DNA of 64,000 nt from Tubulanus polymorphus (Eukaryota > Animalia > Nemertea). Below the pieces are notes generated by a model that did not search any database, was not told the origin of the DNA, and saw only the letters and a list, made by a program, of their open reading frames with translations. This document shows positions 62,379 to 64,000 of this stretch, one piece after another. How positions within the stretch are numbered: position 1 is the stretch's first letter; each line of letters starts with the position of its first letter. Location of the stretch: NCBI RefSeq assembly GCF_964204645.1, contig NC_134033.1, positions 4,488,231-4,552,230 on the forward strand, given 5' to 3'. Position numbers and translations under genes: made by a program.

Positions 62379-62516
62379 GGGCCGGTTGCATAGTCATGGC
62401 TTATACTTAAGACCAGTCTAAGACCAACTTAGTTCTATAGCCAATCTAACAAGTTAAGACCAGTCTTAAGATTTAAGACCACTTTTGGACTTAAGTCACG
62501 ACTGTGCAACTGTCCC
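62379..62516. mobile_element. 138-bp PIF/Harbinger-like MITE
   Basis: TIRs gggccggttgcatagtcatggctta / taagtcacgactgtgcaactgtccc; 3-bp TSD ctg; internal taagacca repeats. Confidence 0.8.
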
Positions 62517-62605
62517 CTGGATTGATTTTTTAGGTCCGATTTTTAAAGGGCTTTCCCTGGAGGGAAGGGAGGCGACTTACAAATCCCAAAATTAAAAAAC
62601 AAGCT

Positions 62606-63199
62606 ACGTACACGAATACCGAAGGTGGACAGGGCAAAGATACAACTCCTTATATGGATATGGAAGCAGGAAAGGGCAAAGATACAACTCCTTATATGGA
62701 TATGGGATCCGGGATCGAGGCAGATACCTACTTGAGTACTGAAGGCGTGATTGGCAAACATACAACTCCCAGCGCCGGAGGAGATACAGACACAGATCAA
62801 TACATGAATCCTGAAGCCTTGAAGACAAAGTATCTTCAGTTAACGGGGGATACTGATGAACCTGTAGCAGATGATGTTTATTCTTACGCTTCTGTTGAAT
62901 ATAAAGCTCCTTATATGGATATGGGACCCGGTATAGACAAGGATATATACACGAATACCGAAGGTGGACATGGCAAAGATACAACTCCTTATATGGATAT
63001 GGGACCCGGGATCGAGGCAGATACCTACATGAGTACTGAAGGCACGATTGGCATACACACAACTCCCAGCGCCGGGGAAGATACAGACACAGATCAATAC
63101 ATGAATCCTGAAGCTTTGAAGACCACGTATCTTCAGTTAACGGAGGACACCGATGAACCTATGGCAGATGATGTTTATTCTTACGCTACTGTTGAATAA
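62606..63199 (+). other. Paralogous cytoplasmic-tail exon of the Ig receptor with internally duplicated Tyr motifs; no upstream exons found
   Basis: Homologous to ~16310-16465 (TTPYMDMG, NPE...Y.QLTEDT.EP..DD..YSYASVE). The 3' flank 63200-63630 matches ~16465-16950. Contains a 297-bp internal tandem duplication. Confidence 0.8.
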
Positions 63200-63819
63200 A
63201 CGTGTGATTACATTCCGTTAGAGGGTGCCACTGGACAAACAACAACCGATAATACGTATACAAAACGTAATAACGTGTTAACATCATTATTGTAATGGTT
63301 TCGGCATTTGTGAAATGAAGAACATTTAATTTACTGCAACAATAATTCATTTCATCATAATCCACCGTTTCGTTAGTGTAGAGATGCAGCAGACGGATGT
63401 AGGTCACTACAACCCCGCGCCACTGACGCAGTGCGCTGTCTTCATTTACATTCCATCTTTGTGTAGAGACATCACAACAAAATCGGTAATTTTTAGCAAA
63501 TGTATACTTTGGTCGAAATGTATTCAAACTGTAAATAGAAATTCCAAAAATTAACCTTTAAAATCGTTAACTTTAATGAGTAAGCATGAATTCAAAATGA
63601 AAGTCATTTGTAGCTAAACTAGATTTTTTAGTAAGTTTTAAGATTATGGAGATTTCAGAATTCGCCGACGACTACGAAAAAATTCCACTAGTTCATCGCC
63701 GTTGAACTCACCGTTAAACTTAGTATCCATCAATGAATTAGGAATGATATCTTGAATATTAGTTTAATCAGTATACCCCGAGGCACGTTTTATGTATAAG
63801 GATCACGTCTATATACATC

Positions 63820-63910
63820 GTTGCTGCTGCTGTTGCTGCTGCCTCTGCTGTTGCTGCTGCTGGCTGCTGCTGCTGCTGTTGTTGTTGTTGTTGTTGTTGT
63901 TATTATCATT
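63820..63910. repeat. Compound (CTG)n/(TTG)n microsatellite
   Basis: gctgctgctgttgctgct...gttgttgttgttattatc. Confidence 0.95.
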
Positions 63911-64000
63911 ATAACATGAACAGCTGCATCTTTCCTCTATTTCGTCAAGAAAATCACATCACAGAAGACATTGTTCCGTTCAAATTTCCGGGTAGTTGCG

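Overview
AT-rich eukaryotic (animal) DNA with GT-AG introns. The gene families point to a marine invertebrate, probably a lophotrochozoan; this is inference, and the species cannot be named. The window is a receptor-rich, transposon-rich cluster. (1) Three intronless FMRFamide/peptide-receptor-like class A GPCRs, one with an in-frame stop. (2) An intact 6-exon type I membrane receptor (signal peptide, two duplicated Ig-like exons, S/T stalk, TM, tail with ITIM and YxxM motifs), plus an orphan paralogous tail exon with multiplied Tyr motifs 46 kb away. (3) A minus-strand tandem array of giant CUB-CTL-LDLa-LRR-7TM (GRL101-like) genes. One copy is an open but TM-less, secreted form, one is hit by a Penelope-like element, one is 5'-truncated, and a 13-bp trace marks a fourth. 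(4) A young Penelope-like retroelement with ~800-bp pLTRs, no recognisable GIY-YIG endonuclease and no hammerhead. Instead it carries a tandem, GNRA-capped structured RNA motif, the best candidate for something new. (5) A non-autonomous Polinton/Maverick derivative with ~795-bp TIRs, a nested Kolobok-like element, a 24-bp minisatellite and a perfect palindrome. (6) CR1/L2 LINEs, a BEL/Pao fragment, hammerhead-bearing Penelope remnants, MITEs, HINE-like repeats and two further pseudogene fragments. No rRNA, full tRNA or CRISPR array was seen. All alignments and folds were done by eye.
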